Positions 1 to 15,500 of a DNA stretch of 64,000 nucleotides are shown piece by piece. Where the stretch lies: assembly GCA_032718475.1 (NCBI GenBank), contig JAUCBJ010009036.1, forward strand, positions 1 through 64,000, given 5' to 3'. The DNA comes from Nemertoderma westbladi (taxonomy: Eukaryota > Animalia > Xenacoelomorpha). Numbering within the stretch: position 1 is the first letter of the stretch; each line of letters begins with the position of its first letter. Below the pieces are notes generated by a model. That model did not search any database, had not been told where the DNA came from, and saw only the letters and a list, made by a program, of their open reading frames with translations. The position numbers and the translations under genes are program-made.

Positions 1-585
1 CCAGTTTATTTCCGAATGCAGAAATGCAGTACCGGTACCGTTATATACCGTACTGACTAATACAGCAATATGAATATAGGTAGGCCAATAGGCTCGTTAG
101 GCCTAACTGTCTGACCGTAGATACAGGTACATCCGTCGAATACGCAGTTCACTGTATCCAAATATAACAGTTTGCAGTTTGAGCCTATCTGATTAATTAC
201 TCCAGTTCAGTACTGCAGTATTCCAGTATTCACCAAACTGCCAAACAGTATTCCCAAACACCGATTAGGCCTATATTCCTTCATTCAACAGGATCCGGGT
301 CCAGGCACCAAAATGTGCGGAATATACACACACCAAATATATCAGTGCTGACTGTATCCAACAGTCAGCCTTCAGTCGAACATAATGCTGACTGCATCCG
401 GCAGTCAGCTAAAGCAACAAGAAAAGGGGTCAGCTGTCAGACAATACTAAATATAATAATCTGCTTGCTGGCTTGTCTCTCAAGCAATAATCATCTATCA
501 GCACTGTACCGGTAGTAAACCTTCACCCAAAGAAGTATACAGTATAAAATAGTATAAATCTACTGTAATAACTTTATTACAATAT

Positions 586-3500
586 CACTATAAGATACAG
601 TTCCGAATAGCACTACTAGGTACAGTTCCGTATAGCACTAGTAGGTACAGTTCCGTATAGCACTATAAGATACAGTTCCGTATAGCACTAGTAGGTACAG
701 TTCCGTATAGCACTACTAGGTACAGTTCCGTATAGCACTAGTAGGTACAGTTCCGTATAGCACTAGTAGGTACAGTTCGTATAGCACTAGTAGGTACAGT
801 TCCGTATAGCACTAGTAGGTACAGTTCCGTATAGCACTAGTAGGTACAGTTCGTATAGCACTAGTAGGTACAGTTCCGTATAGCACTAGTAGGTACAGTT
901 CCGTATAGCACTAGTAGGTACAGTTCCGTATAGCACTAGTAGGTACAGTTCCGTATAGCACTAGTAGGTACAGTTCCGTATAGCACTAGTAGGTACAGTT
1001 CCGTATAGCACTAGTAGGTACAGTTCCGTATAGCACTAGTAGGTACAGTTCCGTATAGCACTAGTAGGTACAGTTCCGTATAGCACTAGTAGGTACAGTT
1101 CCGTATAGCACTAGTAGGTACAGTTCCGTATAGCACTAGTAGGTACGGTTCCGTATAGCACTAGTAGGTACAGTTCCGTATAGCACTAGTAGGTACAGTT
1201 CGTATAGCACTAGTAGGTACAGTTCCGTATAGCACTAGTAGGTAAAGTTCCGTATAGCACTAGTAGGTACAGTTCCGTATAGCACTAGTAGGTACAGTTC
1301 CATATAGCACTAGAAGGTACAGTTCCGTATAGCACTAGTAGGTACAGTTCCGTATAGCACTAGTAGGTACAGTTCGTATAGCACTAGTAGGTACAGTTCC
1401 GTATAGCACTAGTAGGTACAGTTCCGTATAGCACTAGTAGGTACAGTTCCGTATAGCACTAGTAGGTACAGTTCCGTATAGCACTAGTAGGTACAGTTCG
1501 TATAGCACTAGTAGGTACAGTTCCGTATAGCACTAGTAGGTACAGTTCCGTATAGCACTAGTAGGTACAGTTCCGTATAGCACTAGTAGGTACAGTTCCG
1601 TATAGCACTAGTAGGTACAGTTCCGTATAGCACTAGTAGGTACAGTTCCGTATAGCACTAGTAGGTACAGTTCCGTATAGCACTAGTAGGTACAGTTCCG
1701 TATAGCACTACTAGGTACAGTTCCGTATAGCACTAGTAGGTACAGTTCCGTATAGCACTAGTAGGTACAGTTCCGTATAGCACTAGTAGGTACAGTTCCG
1801 TATAGCACTAGTAGGTACAGTTCCGTATAGCACTAGTAGGTACAGTTCCGTATAGCACTAGTAGGTACAGTTCCGTATAGCACTACTAGGTACAGTTCCG
1901 TATAGCACTAGTAGGTACAGTTCCGTATAGCACTAGTAGGTACAGTTCGTATAGCACTAGTAGGTACAGTTCCGTATAGCACTAGTAGGTACAGTTCCGT
2001 ATAGCACTAGTAGGTACAGTTCCGTATAGCACTAGTAGGTACAGTTCCGTATAGCACTAGTAGGTACAGTTCCGTATAGCACTAGTATGTAATGTTCCGT
2101 ATAGCACTAGTAGGTACATTTCCGAATAGCACTGGTAGGTACAGTTCCGTATAGCACTAGTAGGTACAGTTCCGTATAGCACTAGTAGGTACAGTTCGTA
2201 TAGCACTAGTAGGTACAGTTCCGTATAGCACTAGTAGGTACAGTTCCGTATAGCACTAGTAGGTACAGTTCCGTATAGCACTAGTATGTAATGTTCCGTA
2301 TAGCACTAGTAGGTACATTTCCGAATAGCACTAGTAGGTACAGTTCCGTATAGCACTAGTAGGTACAGTTCCGTATAGCACTAGTAGGTACAGTTCCGTA
2401 TAGCACTAGTAGGTACAGTTCCGTATAGCACTAGTAGGTACAGTTCCGTATAGCACTAGTAGGTACAGTTCGTATAGCACTAGTAGGTACAGTTCCGTAT
2501 AGCACTAGTAGGTACAGTTCCGTATAGCACTAGTAGGTACAGTTCCGTATAGCACTAGTAGGTACAGTTCCGTATAGCACTAGTAGGTACAGTTCGTATA
2601 GCACTAGTAGGTACAGTTCCGTATAGCACTAGTAGGTACAGTTCCGTATAACACTAGTATGTACAGTTCCGTATAGCACTACTAGGTACAGTTCCGTATA
2701 GCACTAGTAGGTACAGTTCCGTATAGCACTAGTAGGTACAGTTCCGTATATCACTAGTAGGTACAGTTCCGTATAGCATTAGTAGGTACAGTTCCGTATA
2801 GCACTTGTAGGTACAGTTCCGTATAGCACTAGTAGGTACAGTTCCGTATAGCACTAGTAGGTAATGATCCGTATAGCACTAGTAGGTACTGTTCCGTATA
2901 GCACTAGTAGGTAATGTTCCGTATAGCACTAGTAGGTACAGTTCCGTATAGCACTAGTAGGTACAGTTCCGTATAGCACTAGTAGGTACAGTTCCGTATA
3001 GCACTAGTAGGTACAGTTCCGTATAGCACTAGTAGGTACAGTTCCGTATAGCACTAGTAGGTACAGTTCCGTATAGCACTAGTAGGTACAGTTCCGTATA
3101 GCACTAGTAGGTACAGTTCCGTATAGCACTACTAGGTACAGTTCCGTATAGCACTAGTAGGTACAGTTCCGTATAGCACTAGTAGGTACAGTTCCGTATA
3201 GCACTAGTAGGTACAGTTCCGTATAGCACTAGTAGGTACAGTTCCGTATAGCACTAGTACGTACAGTTCCGTATAGCACTAGTAGGTACAGTTCCGTATA
3301 GCACTAGTAGGTACAGTTCCGTATAGCACTAGTAGGTACAGTTCCGTATAGCACTAGTAGGTACAGTTCCGTATAGCACTAGTAGGTACAGTTCCGTATA
3401 GCACTAGTAGGTACAGTTCCGTATAGCACTATTAGGTACAGTTCCGTATAGCACTAGTAGGTACAGTTCCGTATAGCACTAGTAGGTACAGTTCCGTATA

Positions 3501-6500
3501 GCACTAGTAGGTACAGTTCCGTATAGCACTAGTAGGTACAGTTCCGTATAGCACTAGTACGTACAGTTCCGTATAGCACTAGTAGGTACAGTTCCGTATA
3601 GCACTAGTAGGTACAGTTCCGTATAGCACTAGTAGGTACAGTTCCGTATAGCACTAGTAGGTACAGTTCCGTATAGCACTAGTAGGTACAGTTCCGTATA
3701 GCACTAGTAGGTACAGTTCCGTATAGCACTACTAGGTACAGTTCCGTATAGCACTAGTAGGTACAGTTCCGTATAGCACTAGTAGGTACAGTTCCGTATA
3801 GCACTAGTAGGTACAGTTCCGTATAGCACTAGTAGGTACAGTTCCGTATAGCACTAGTAGGTACAGTTCCGTATAGCACTAGTAGGTACAGTTCCGTATA
3901 GCACTACTAGGTACAGTTCCGTATAGCACTAGTAGGTACAGTTCCGTATAGCACTAGTAGGTACAGTTCCGTATAGCACTAGTAGGTACAGTTCCGTATA
4001 GCACTAGTAGGTACAGTTCCGTATAGCACTAGTAGGTACAGTTCCGTATAGCACTAGTAGGTACAGTTCCGTATAGCACTAGTAGGTACAGTTCCGTATA
4101 GCACTAGTAGGTACAGTTCCGTATAGCACTAGTAGGTACAGTTCCGTATAGCACTAGTAGGTACAGTTCCGTATAGCACTAGTAGGTACAGTTCCGTATA
4201 GCACTAGTAGGTACAGTTCCGTATAGCACTAGTAGGTACAGTTCCGTATAGCACTAGTAGGTACAGTTCCGTATAGCACTAGTAGGTACAGTTCCGTATA
4301 GCACTAGTAGGTACAGTTCCGTATAGCACTAGTAGGTACAGTTCCGTATAGCACTAGTAGGTACAGTTCCGTATAGCACTAGTAGGTACAGTTCCGTATA
4401 GCACTAGTAGGTACAGTTCCGTATAGCACTAGTAGGTACATGTTCCGTATAGCACTAGTAGGTACAGTTCCGTATAGCACTAGTAGGTACAGTTCCGTAT
4501 AGCACTAGTAGGTACAGTTCCGTATAGCACTAGTAGGTACAGTTCCGTATAGCACTAGTAGGTACAGTTCCGTATAGCACTAGTAGGTACAGTTCCGTAT
4601 AGCACTAGTAGGTACAGTTCCGTATAGCACTAGTAGGTACAGTTCCGTATAGCACTAGTAGGTACAGTTCCGTATAGCACTAGTAGGTACAGTTCCGTAT
4701 AGCACTAGTAGGTACAGTTCCGTATAGCACTAGTAGGTACAGTTCCGTATAGCACTACTAGGTACAGTTCCGTATAGCACTAGTAGGTACAGTTCCGTAT
4801 AGCACTAGTAGGTACAGTTCCGTATAGCACTAGTAGGTACAGTTCCGTATAGCACTAGTAGGTACAGTTCCGTATAGCACTAGTAGGTACAGTTCCGTAT
4901 AGCACTAGTAGGTACAGTTCCGTATAGCACTAGTAGGTACAGTTCCGTATAGCACTAGTAGGTACAGTTCCGTATAGCACTAGTAGGTACAGTTCCGTAT
5001 AGCACTAGTAGGTACAGTTCCGTATAGCACTAGTAGGTACAGTTCCGTATAGCACTAGTAGGTACAGTTCCGTATAGCACTAGTAGGTACAGTTCCGTAT
5101 AGCACTAGTAGGTACAGTTCCGTATAGCACTAGTAGGTACAGTTCCGTATAGCACTAGTAGGTACAGTTCCGTATAGCACTAGTAGGTACAGTTCCGTAT
5201 AGCACTAGTAGGTACAGTTCCGTATAGCACTAGTAGGTACAGTTCCGTATAGCACTAGTAGGTACAGTTCCGTATAGCACTAGTAGGTACAGTTCCGTAT
5301 AGCACTAGTAGGTACAGTTCCGTATAGCACTAGTAGGTACAGTTCCGTATAGCACTAGTAGGTACAGTTCCGTATAGCACTAGTAGGTACAGTTCCGTAT
5401 AGCACTAGTAGGTACAGTTCCGTATAGCACTAGTAGGTACAGTTCCGTATAGCACTAGTAGGTACAGTTCCGTATAGCACTAGTAGGTACAGTTCCGTAT
5501 AGCACTAGTAGGTACAGTTCCGTATAGCACTAGTAGGTACAGTTCCGTATAGCACTAGTAGGTACAGTTCCGTATAGCACTAGTAGGTACAGTTCCGTAT
5601 AGCACTAGTAGGTACAGTTCCGTATAGCACTAGTAGGTACAGTTCCGTATAGCACTAGTAGGTACAGTTCCGTATAGCACTAGTAGGTACAGTTCCGTAT
5701 AGCACTAGTAGGTACAGTTCCGTATAGCACTAGTAGGTACAGTTCCGTATAGCACTAGTAGGTACAGTTCCGTATAGCACTAGTAGGTACAGTTCCGTAT
5801 AGCACTAGTAGGTACAGTTCCGTATAGCACTAGTAGGTACAGTTCCGTATAGCACTTGTAGGTACAGTTCCGTATAGCACTAGTAGGTACAGTTCCGTAT
5901 AGCACTAGTAGGTACAGTTCCGTATAGCACTAGTAGGTACAGTTCCGTATAGCACTAGTAGGTACAGTTCCGTATAGCACTAGTAGGTACAGTTCCGTAT
6001 AGCACTAGTAGGTACAGTTCCGTATAGCACTAGTAGGTACAGTTCCGTATAGCACTAGTAGGTACAGTTCCGTATAGCACTAGTAGGTACAGTTCCGTAT
6101 AGCACTAGTAGGTACAGTTCCGTATAGCACTAGTAGGTACAGTTCCGTATAGCACTAGTAGGTACAGTTCCGTATAGCACTAGTAGGTACAGTTCCGTAT
6201 AGCACTAGTAGGTACAGTTCCGTATAGCACTAGTAGGTACAGTTCCGTATAGCACTAGTAGGTACAGTTCCGTATAGCACTAGTAGGTACAGTTCCGTAT
6301 AGCACTAGTAGGTACAGTTCCGTATAGCACTAGTAGGTACAGTTCCGTATAGCACTAGTAGGTACAGTTCCGTATAGCACTAGTAGGTACAGTTCCGTAT
6401 AGCACTAGTAGGTACAGTTCCGTATAGCACTAGTAGGTACAGTTCCGTATAGCACTAGTAGGTACAGTTCCGTATAGCACTAGTAGGTACAGTTCCGTAT

Positions 6501-9500
6501 AGCACTAGTAGGTACAGTTCCGTATAGCACTAGTAGGTACAGTTCCGTATAGCACTAGTAGGTACAGTTCCGTATAGCACTAGTAGGTACAGTTCCGTAT
6601 AGCACTAGTAGGTACAGTTCCGTATAGCACTAGTAGGTACAGTTCCGTATAGCACTAGTAGGTACAGTTCCGTATAGCACTACTAGGTACAGTTCCGTAT
6701 AGCACTAGTAGGTACAGTTCCGTATAGCACTAGTAGGTACAGTTCCGTATAGCACTAGTAGGTACAGTTCCGTATAGCACTTGTAGGTACAGTTCCGTAT
6801 AGCACTAGTAGGTACAGTTCCGTATAGCACTAGTAGGTACAGTTCCGTATAGCACTAGTAGGTACAGTTCCGTATAGCACTAGTAGGTACAGTTCCGTAT
6901 AGCACTACTAGGTACAGTTCCGTATAGCACTTGTAGGTACAGTTCAGTATAGCACTAGTAGGTACAGTTCCGTATAGCACTAGTAGGTACAGTTCCGAAT
7001 AGCACTACTAGGTACAGTTCCGAATAGCACTACTAGGTACAGTTCCGTATAGCACTTGTAGGTTCAGTTCCGAATAGCACTAGTACGTACAGTTCCGTAT
7101 AGCACTAGTAGGTACAGTTCCGTATAGCACTAGTAGGTACAGTTCCGTATAGCACTAGTATGTACAGTTCCGTATAGCACTACTAGGTACAGTTCCGTAT
7201 AGCACTACTAGGTACAGTTCCGTATAGCACTAGTAGGTACAGTTCCGTATAGCACTAGTAGGTACAGTTCCGTATAGCACTACTAGGTGCAGTTCCGTAT
7301 AGCACTAGTAGGTACAGTTCCGTATAGCACTAGTAGGTACAGTTCCGTATAGCACTAGTAGGTACAGTTCCGTATAGCACTTGTAGGTACAGTTCCGTAT
7401 AGCACTAGTAGGTACAGTTCCGTATAGCACTAGTAGGTAATGATCCGTATAGCACTAGTAGGTACACTTCCGTATAGCACTAGTAGGTACAGTTCCGTAT
7501 AGCACTAGTAGGTACAGTTCCGTATAGCACTAGTAGGTACAGTTCCGTATAGCACTAGTAGGTACAGTTCCGTATAGCACTAGTAGGTACGGTTCCGTAT
7601 AGCACTAGTAGGTACAGTTCCGTATAGCACTAGTAGGTACAGTTCCGTATAGCACTTGTAGGTACAGTTCCGTATAGCACTAGTAGGTACAGTTCCGTAT
7701 AGCACTAGTAGGTAATGATCCGTATAGCACTAGTAGGTACAGTTCCGTATAGCACTACTAGGTACAGTTCCGCATAGCACTAGTAGGTACAGTTCCGTAT
7801 AGCACTAGTAGGTACAGTTCCGTATAGCACTTGTAGGTACAGTTCCGTATAGCACTAGTAGGTACAGTTCCGTATAGCACTAGTAGGTACAGTTCCGTAT
7901 AGCACTACTAGGTACAGTTCCGTATAGCACTAGTAGGTACAGTTCCGTATAGCACTAGTAGGTACACTTCCGTATAGCACTAGTAGGTACAGTTCCGTAT
8001 AGCACTAGTAGGTACAGTTCCGTATAGCACTACTAGGTACAGTTCCGTATAGCACTAGTAGGTACAGTTCCGTATATCACTAGTAGGTACAGTTCCGTAT
8101 AGCACTAGTAGGTACAGTTCCGTATAGCACTAGTAGGTACAGTTCCGTATAGCACTAGTAGGTACAGTTCCGTATAGCACTAGTAGGTACAGTTCCGTAT
8201 AGCACTAGTAGGTACAGTTCCGTATAGCACTAGTAGGTACAGTTCCGTATAGCACTAGTAGGTACAGTTCCGTATAGCACTACTAGGTACAGTTCCGTAT
8301 AGCACTACTAGGTACAGTTCCGTATAGCACTAGTAGGTACAGTTCCGTATAGCACTAGTAGGTACAGTTCCGTATAGCACTAGTAGGTACAGTTCCGTAT
8401 AGCACTAGTAGGTACTGTTCCGTATAGCACTACTAGGTACAGTTCCGTATAGCACTAGTAGGTACAGTTCCGTATAGCACTACTAGGTACAGTTCCGTAT
8501 AGCACTAGTAGGTACAGTTCCGAATAGCACTAGTAGGTACAGTTCCGTATAGCACTAGTAGGTACAGTTCCGTATAGCACTTGTAGGTACAGTTCCGTAT
8601 AGCACTAGTAGGTACAGTTCCGTATAGCACTAGTAGGTACAGTTCCGTATAGCACTAGTAGGTACAGTTCCGTATAGCACTAGTAGGTACAGTTCCGTAT
8701 AGCACTACTAGGTACAGTTCCGTATAGCACTTGTAGGTACAGTTCAGTATAGCACTAGTAGGTACAGTTCCGTATAGCACTAGTAGGTACAGTTCCGAAT
8801 AGCACTACTAGGTACAGTTCCGAATAGCACTACTAGGTACAGTTCCGTATAGCACTTGTAGGTTCAGTTCCGAATAGCACTAGTACGTACAGTTCCGTAT
8901 AGCACTAGTAGGTACAGTTCCGTATAGCACTAGTAGGTACAGTTCCGTATAGCACTAGTATGTACAGTTCCGTATAGCACTACTAGGTACAGTTCCGTAT
9001 AGCACTACTAGGTACAGTTCCGTATAGCACTAGTAGGTACAGTTCCGTATAGCACTTGTAGGTACAGTTCCGTATAGCACTAGTAGGTACAGTTCCGTAT
9101 AGCACTACTAGGTACAGTTCCGTATAGCACTAGAAGGTACAGTTCCGCATAGCACTTGTAGGTTCAGCTCCGTATAGCACTACTAGGTACAGTTCCGTAT
9201 AGCACTAGTAGGTACAGTTCCGTATAGCACTACTAGGTGCAGTTCCGTATAGCACTAGTAGGTACAGTTCCGTATAGCACTACTAGGTATAGTTCCGTAT
9301 AGCACTAGAAGGTACAGTTCCGTATAGCACTTGTAGGTTCAGTTCCGTATAGCACTACTAGGTACAGTTCCGTATAGCACTAGTAGGTACAGTTCCGTAT
9401 AGCACTAGTAGGTACAGTTCCGTATAGCACTAGTAGGTACAGTTCCGTATAGCACTAGTAGGTACAGTTCCGTATAGCACTAGTAGGTACAGTTCCGTAT

Positions 9501-12500
9501 AGCACTAGTAGGTACAGTTCCGTATAGCACTAGTAGGTACGGTTCCGTATAGCACTAGTAGGTACAGTTCCGTATAGCACTAGTAGGTACTGTTCCGTAT
9601 AGCACTTGTAGGTACAGTTCCGTATAGCACTAGTAGGTACAGTTCCGTATAGCACTAGTAGGTAATGATCCGTATAGCACTAGTAGGTACAGTTCCGTAT
9701 AGCACTACTAGGTACAGTTCCGTATAGCACTAGTAGGTACAGTTCCGTATAGCACTAGTAGGTACAGTTCCGTATAGCACTTGTAGGTACAGTTCCGTAT
9801 AGCACTAGTAGGTACAGTTCCGTATAGCACTAGTAGGTACAGTTCCGTATAGCACTACTAGGTACAGTTCCGTATAGCACTAGTAGGTACAGTTCCGTAT
9901 AGCACTAGTAGGTACACTTCCGTATAGCACTAGTAGGTACAGTTCCGTATAGCACTAGTAGGTACAGTTCCGTATAGCACTACTAGGTACAGTTCCGTAT
10001 AGCACTAGTAGGTACAGTTCCGTATAGCACTAGTAGGTACAGTTCCGTATAGCACTAGTAGGTACAGTTCCGTATAGCACTAGTAGGTACAGTTCCGTAT
10101 AGCACTAGTAGGTACAGTTCCGTATAGCACTAGTAGGTACAGTTCCGTATAGCACTAGTAGGTACAGTTCCGTATAGCACTAGTAGGTACAGTTCCGTAT
10201 AGCACTAGTAGGTACAGTTCCGTATAGCACTACTAGGTACAGTTCCGTATAGCACTACTAGGTACAGTTCCGTATAGCACTAGTAGGTACAGTTCCGTAT
10301 AGCACTAGTAGGTACAGTTCCGTATAGCACTAGTAGGTACAGTTCCGTATAGCACTAGTAGGTACTGTTCCGTATAGCACTACTAGGTACAGTTCCGTAT
10401 AGCACTAGTAGGTACAGTTCCGTATAGCACTACTAGGTACAGTTCCGTATAGCACTAGTAGGTACAGTTCCGAATAGCACTAGTAGGTACAGTTCCGTAT
10501 AGCACTAGTAGGTACAGTTCCGTATAGCACTTGTAGGTACAGTTCCGTATAGCACTAGTAGGTACAGTTCCGTATAGCACTAGTAGGTACAGTTCCGTAT
10601 AGCACTAGTAGGTACAGTTCCGTATAGCACTAGTAGGTACAGTTCCGTATAGCACTACTAGGTACAGTTCCGTATAGCACTTGTAGGTACAGTTCAGTAT
10701 AGCACTAGTAGGTACAGTTCAGTATAGCACTAGTAGGTACAGTTCCGAATAGCACTACTAGGTACAGTTCCGAATAGCACTACTAGGTACAGTTCCGTAT
10801 AGCACTTGTAGGTTCAGTTCCGTATAGCACTAGTACGTACAGTTCCGTATAGCACTAGTAGGTACAGTTCCGTATAGCACTAGTAGGTACAGTTCCGTAT
10901 AGCACTAGTATGTACAGTTCCGTATAGCACTACTAGGTACAGTTCCGTATAGCACTACTAGGTACAGTTCCGTATAGCACTAGTAGGTACAGTTCCGTAT
11001 AGCACTTGTAGGTACAGTTCCGTATAGCACTAGTAGGTACAGTTCCGTATAGCACTACTAGGTACAGTTCCGTATAGCACTTGTAGGTTCAGTTCCGTAT
11101 AGCACTACTAGGTACAGTTCCGTATAGCACTAGTAGGTACAGTTCCGTATAGCACTACTAGGTGCAGTTCCGTATAGCACTAGTAGGTACAGTTCCGTAT
11201 AGCACTACTAGGTATAGTTCCGTATAGCACTAGAAGGTACAGTTCCGTATAGCACTTGTAGGTTCAGTTCCGTATAGCACTACTAGGTACAGTTCCGTAT
11301 AGCACTAGTAGGTACAGTTCCGTATAGCACTACTAGGTGCAGTTCCGTATAGCACTTGTAGGTACAGTTCTGTATAGCACTAGTTGGTACAGTTCCGTAT
11401 AGCACTACTAGGTGCAGTTCCGTATAGCACTAGTAGGTACAGTTCCGTATAGCACTACTAGGTGCAGTTCCGTATAGCACTAGTAGGTACAGTTCCGTAT
11501 AGCACTAGTAGGTACAGTTCCGTATAGCACTACTAGGTACAGTTCCGTATAGCACTAGTAGGTACAGTTCCGTATAGCACTAGTTCGTACAGTTCCGTAT
11601 AGCACTAGTAGGTACAGTTCCGTATAGCACTAGTAGGTACAGTTCCGTATAGCACTAGTAGGTACAGTTCCGTATAGCACTACTAGGTACAGTTCCGTAT
11701 AGCACTAGTAGGTACAGTTCCGTATAGCACTAGTAGGTACAGTTCCGTATAGCACTAGTACGTACAGTTACGTATAGCACTAGTAGGTACAGTTCCGTAT
11801 AGCACTAGTAGGTACAGTTCCGTATAGCACTACTAGGTACAGTTCCGTATAGCACTAGTAGGTACAGTTCCGTATAGCACTAGTAGGTACAGTTCCGTAT
11901 AGCACTAGTAGGTACAGTTCCGTATAGCACTACTAGGTACAGTTCCGTATAGCACTAGTAGGTACAGTTCCGTATAGCACTAGTAGGTACAGTTCCGTAT
12001 AGCACTAGTAGGTGCAGTTCCGTATAGCACTAGTAGGTACAGTTCCGTATAGCACTAGTAGGTACAGTTCCGTATAGCACTAGTAGGTACAGTTCCGTAT
12101 AGCACTAGTATGTACAGTTCCGTATAGCACTACTAGGTACAGTTCCGTATAGCACTACTAGGTACAGTTCCGTATAGCACTAGTAGGTACAGTTCCGTAT
12201 AGCACTTGTAGGTACAGTTCCGTATAGCACTAGTAGGTACAGTTCCGTATAGCACTACTAGGTACAGTTCCGTTAGGCACTTGTAGGTTCAGTTCCGTAT
12301 AGCACTACTAGGTACAGTTCCGTATAGCACTAGTAGGTACAGTTCCGTATAGCACTACTAGGTATAGTTCCGTATAGCACTAGAAGGTACAGTTCCGTAT
12401 AGCACTTGTAGGTTCAGTTCCGTATAGCACTACTAGGTACAGTTCCGTATAGCACTAGTAGGTACAGTTCCGTATAGCACTACTAGGTGCAGTTCCGTAT

Positions 12501-15500
12501 AGCACTTGTAGGTACAGTTCTGTATAGCACTAGTTGGTACAGTTCCGTATAGCACTACTAGGTGCAGTTCCGTATAGCACTAGTAGGTACAGTTCCGTAT
12601 AGCACTACTAGGTGCAGTTCCGTATAGCACTAGTAGGTACAGTTCCGTATAGCACTAGTAGGTACAGTTCCGTATAGCACTACTAGGTACAGTTCCGTAT
12701 AGCACTAGTAGGTACAGTTCCGTATAGCACTAGTTCGTACAGTTCCGTATAGCACTAGTAGGTACAGTTCCGTATAGCACTAGTAGGTACAGTTCCGTAT
12801 AGCACTAGTAGGTACAGTTCCGTATAGCACTACTAGGTACAGTTCCGTATAGCACTAGTAGGTACAGTTCCGTATAGCACTAGTAGGTACAGTTCCGTAT
12901 AGCACTAGTAGGTACAGTTCCGTATAGCACTAGTAGGTACAGTTCCGTATAGCACTAGTAGGTACAGTTCCGTATAGCACTAGTAGGTACAGTTCCGTAT
13001 AGCACTAGTAGGTACAGTTCCGTATAGCACTAGTAGGTACAGTTCCGTATAGCACTAGTAGGTACAGTTCCGTATAGCACTAGTAGGTACAGTTCCGTAT
13101 AGCACTACTAGGTACAGTTCCGTATAGCACTACTAGGTACAGTTCCGTATAGCACTAGTAGGTACAGTTCCGTATAGCACTAGTAGGTACAGTTCCGTAT
13201 AGCACTAGTAGGTACAGTTCCGTATAGCACTAGTAGGTACTGTTCCGTATAGCACTACTAGGTACAGTTCCGTATAGCACTAGTAGGTACAGTTCCGTAT
13301 AGCACTACTAGGTACAGTTCCGTATAGCACTAGTAGGTACAGTTCCGAATAGCACTAGTAGGTACAGTTCCGTATAGCACTAGTAGGTACAGTTCCGTAT
13401 AGCACTTGTAGGTACAGTTCCGTATAGCACTAGTAGGTACAGTTCCGTATAGCACTAGTAGGTACAGTTCCGTATAGCACTAGTAGGTACAGTTCCGTAT
13501 AGCACTAGTAGGTACAGTTCCGTATAGCACTACTAGGTACAGTTCCGTATAGCACTTGTAGGTACAGTTCAGTATAGCACTAGTAGGTACAGTTCCGTAT
13601 AGCACTAGTAGGTACAGTTCCGAATAGCACTACTAGGTACAGTTCCGTATAGCACTACTAGGTGCAGTTCCGTATAGCACTAGTAGGTACAGTTCCGTAT
13701 AGCACTACTAGGTATAGTTCCGTATAGCACTAGAAGGTACAGTTCCGTATAGCACTTGTAGGTTCAGTTCCGTATAGCACTACTAGGTACAGTTCCGTAT
13801 AGCACTAGTAGGTACAGTTCCGTATAGCACTACTAGGTGCAGTTCCGTATAGCACTTGTAGGTACAGTTCTGTATAGCACTAGTTGGTACAGTTCCGTAT
13901 AGCACTACTAGGTGCAGTTCCGTATAGCACTAGTAGGTACAGTTCCGTATAGCACTACTAGGTGCAGTTCCGTATAGCACTAGTAGGTACAGTTCCGTAT
14001 AGCACTAGTAGGTACAGTTCCGTATAGCACTACTAGGTACAGTTCCGTATAGCACTAGTAGGTACAGTTCCGTATAGCACTAGTTCGTACAGTTCCGTAT
14101 AGCACTAGTAGGTACAGTTCCGTATAGCACTAGTAGGTACAGTTCCGTATAGCACTAGTAGGTACAGTTCCGTATAGCACTACTAGGTACAGTTCCGTAT
14201 AGCACTAGTAGGTACAGTTCCGTATAGCACTAGTAGGTACAGTTCCGTATAGCACTAGTACGTACAGTTACGTATAGCACTAGTAGGTACAGTTCCGTAT
14301 AGCACTAGTAGGTACAGTTCCGTATAGCACTACTAGGTACAGTTCCGTATAGCACTAGTAGGTACAGTTCCGTATAGCACTAGTAGGTACAGTTCCGTAT
14401 AGCACTAGTAGGTACAGTTCCGTATAGCACTACTAGGTACAGTTCCGTATAGCACTAGTAGGTACAGTTCCGTATAGCACTAGTAGGTACAGTTCCGTAT
14501 AGCACTAGTAGGTGCAGTTCCGTATAGCACTAGTAGGTACAGTTCCGTATAGCACTAGTAGGTACAGTTCCGTATAGCACTAGTAGGTACAGTTCCGTAT
14601 AGCACTAGTATGTACAGTTCCGTATAGCACTACTAGGTACAGTTCCGTATAGCACTACTAGGTACAGTTCCGTATAGCACTAGTAGGTACAGTTCCGTAT
14701 AGCACTTGTAGGTACAGTTCCGTATAGCACTAGTAGGTACAGTTCCGTATAGCACTACTAGGTACAGTTCCGTTAGGCACTTGTAGGTTCAGTTCCGTAT
14801 AGCACTACTAGGTACAGTTCCGTATAGCACTAGTAGGTACAGTTCCGTATAGCACTACTAGGTATAGTTCCGTATAGCACTAGAAGGTACAGTTCCGTAT
14901 AGCACTTGTAGGTTCAGTTCCGTATAGCACTACTAGGTACAGTTCCGTATAGCACTAGTAGGTACAGTTCCGTATAGCACTAATAGGTGCAGTTCCGTAT
15001 AGCACTTGTAGGTACAGTTCTGTATAGCACTAGTTGGTACAGTTCCGTATAGCACTACTAGGTGCAGTTCCGTATAGCACTAGTAGGTACAGTTCCGTAT
15101 AGCACTACTAGGTGCAGTTCCGTATAGCACTAGTAGGTACAGTTCCGTATAGCACTAGTAGGTACAGTTCCGTATAGCACTACTAGGTACAGTTCCGTAT
15201 AGCACTAGTAGGTACAGTTCCGTATAGCACTAGTTCGTACAGTTCCGTATAGCACTAGTAGGTACAGTTCCGTATAGCACTAGTAGGTACAGTTCCGTAT
15301 AGCACTAGTAGGTACAGTTCCGTATAGCACTACTAGGTACAGTTCCGTATAGCACTAGTAGGTACAGTTCCGTATAGCACTAGTAGGTACAGTTCCGTAT
15401 AGCACTACTAGGTACAGTTCCGTATAGCACTTGTAGGTACAGTTCCGTATAGCACTAGTAGGTACAGTTCCGTATAGCACTAGTAGGTACAGTTCCGTAT

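Noticed and set aside
770-2600. 24-bp deletion variants (GTTCGT) as a distinct satellite subfamily
   Set aside because: Loss of one C from CC is a typical long-read error and cannot be distinguished from real variation here.
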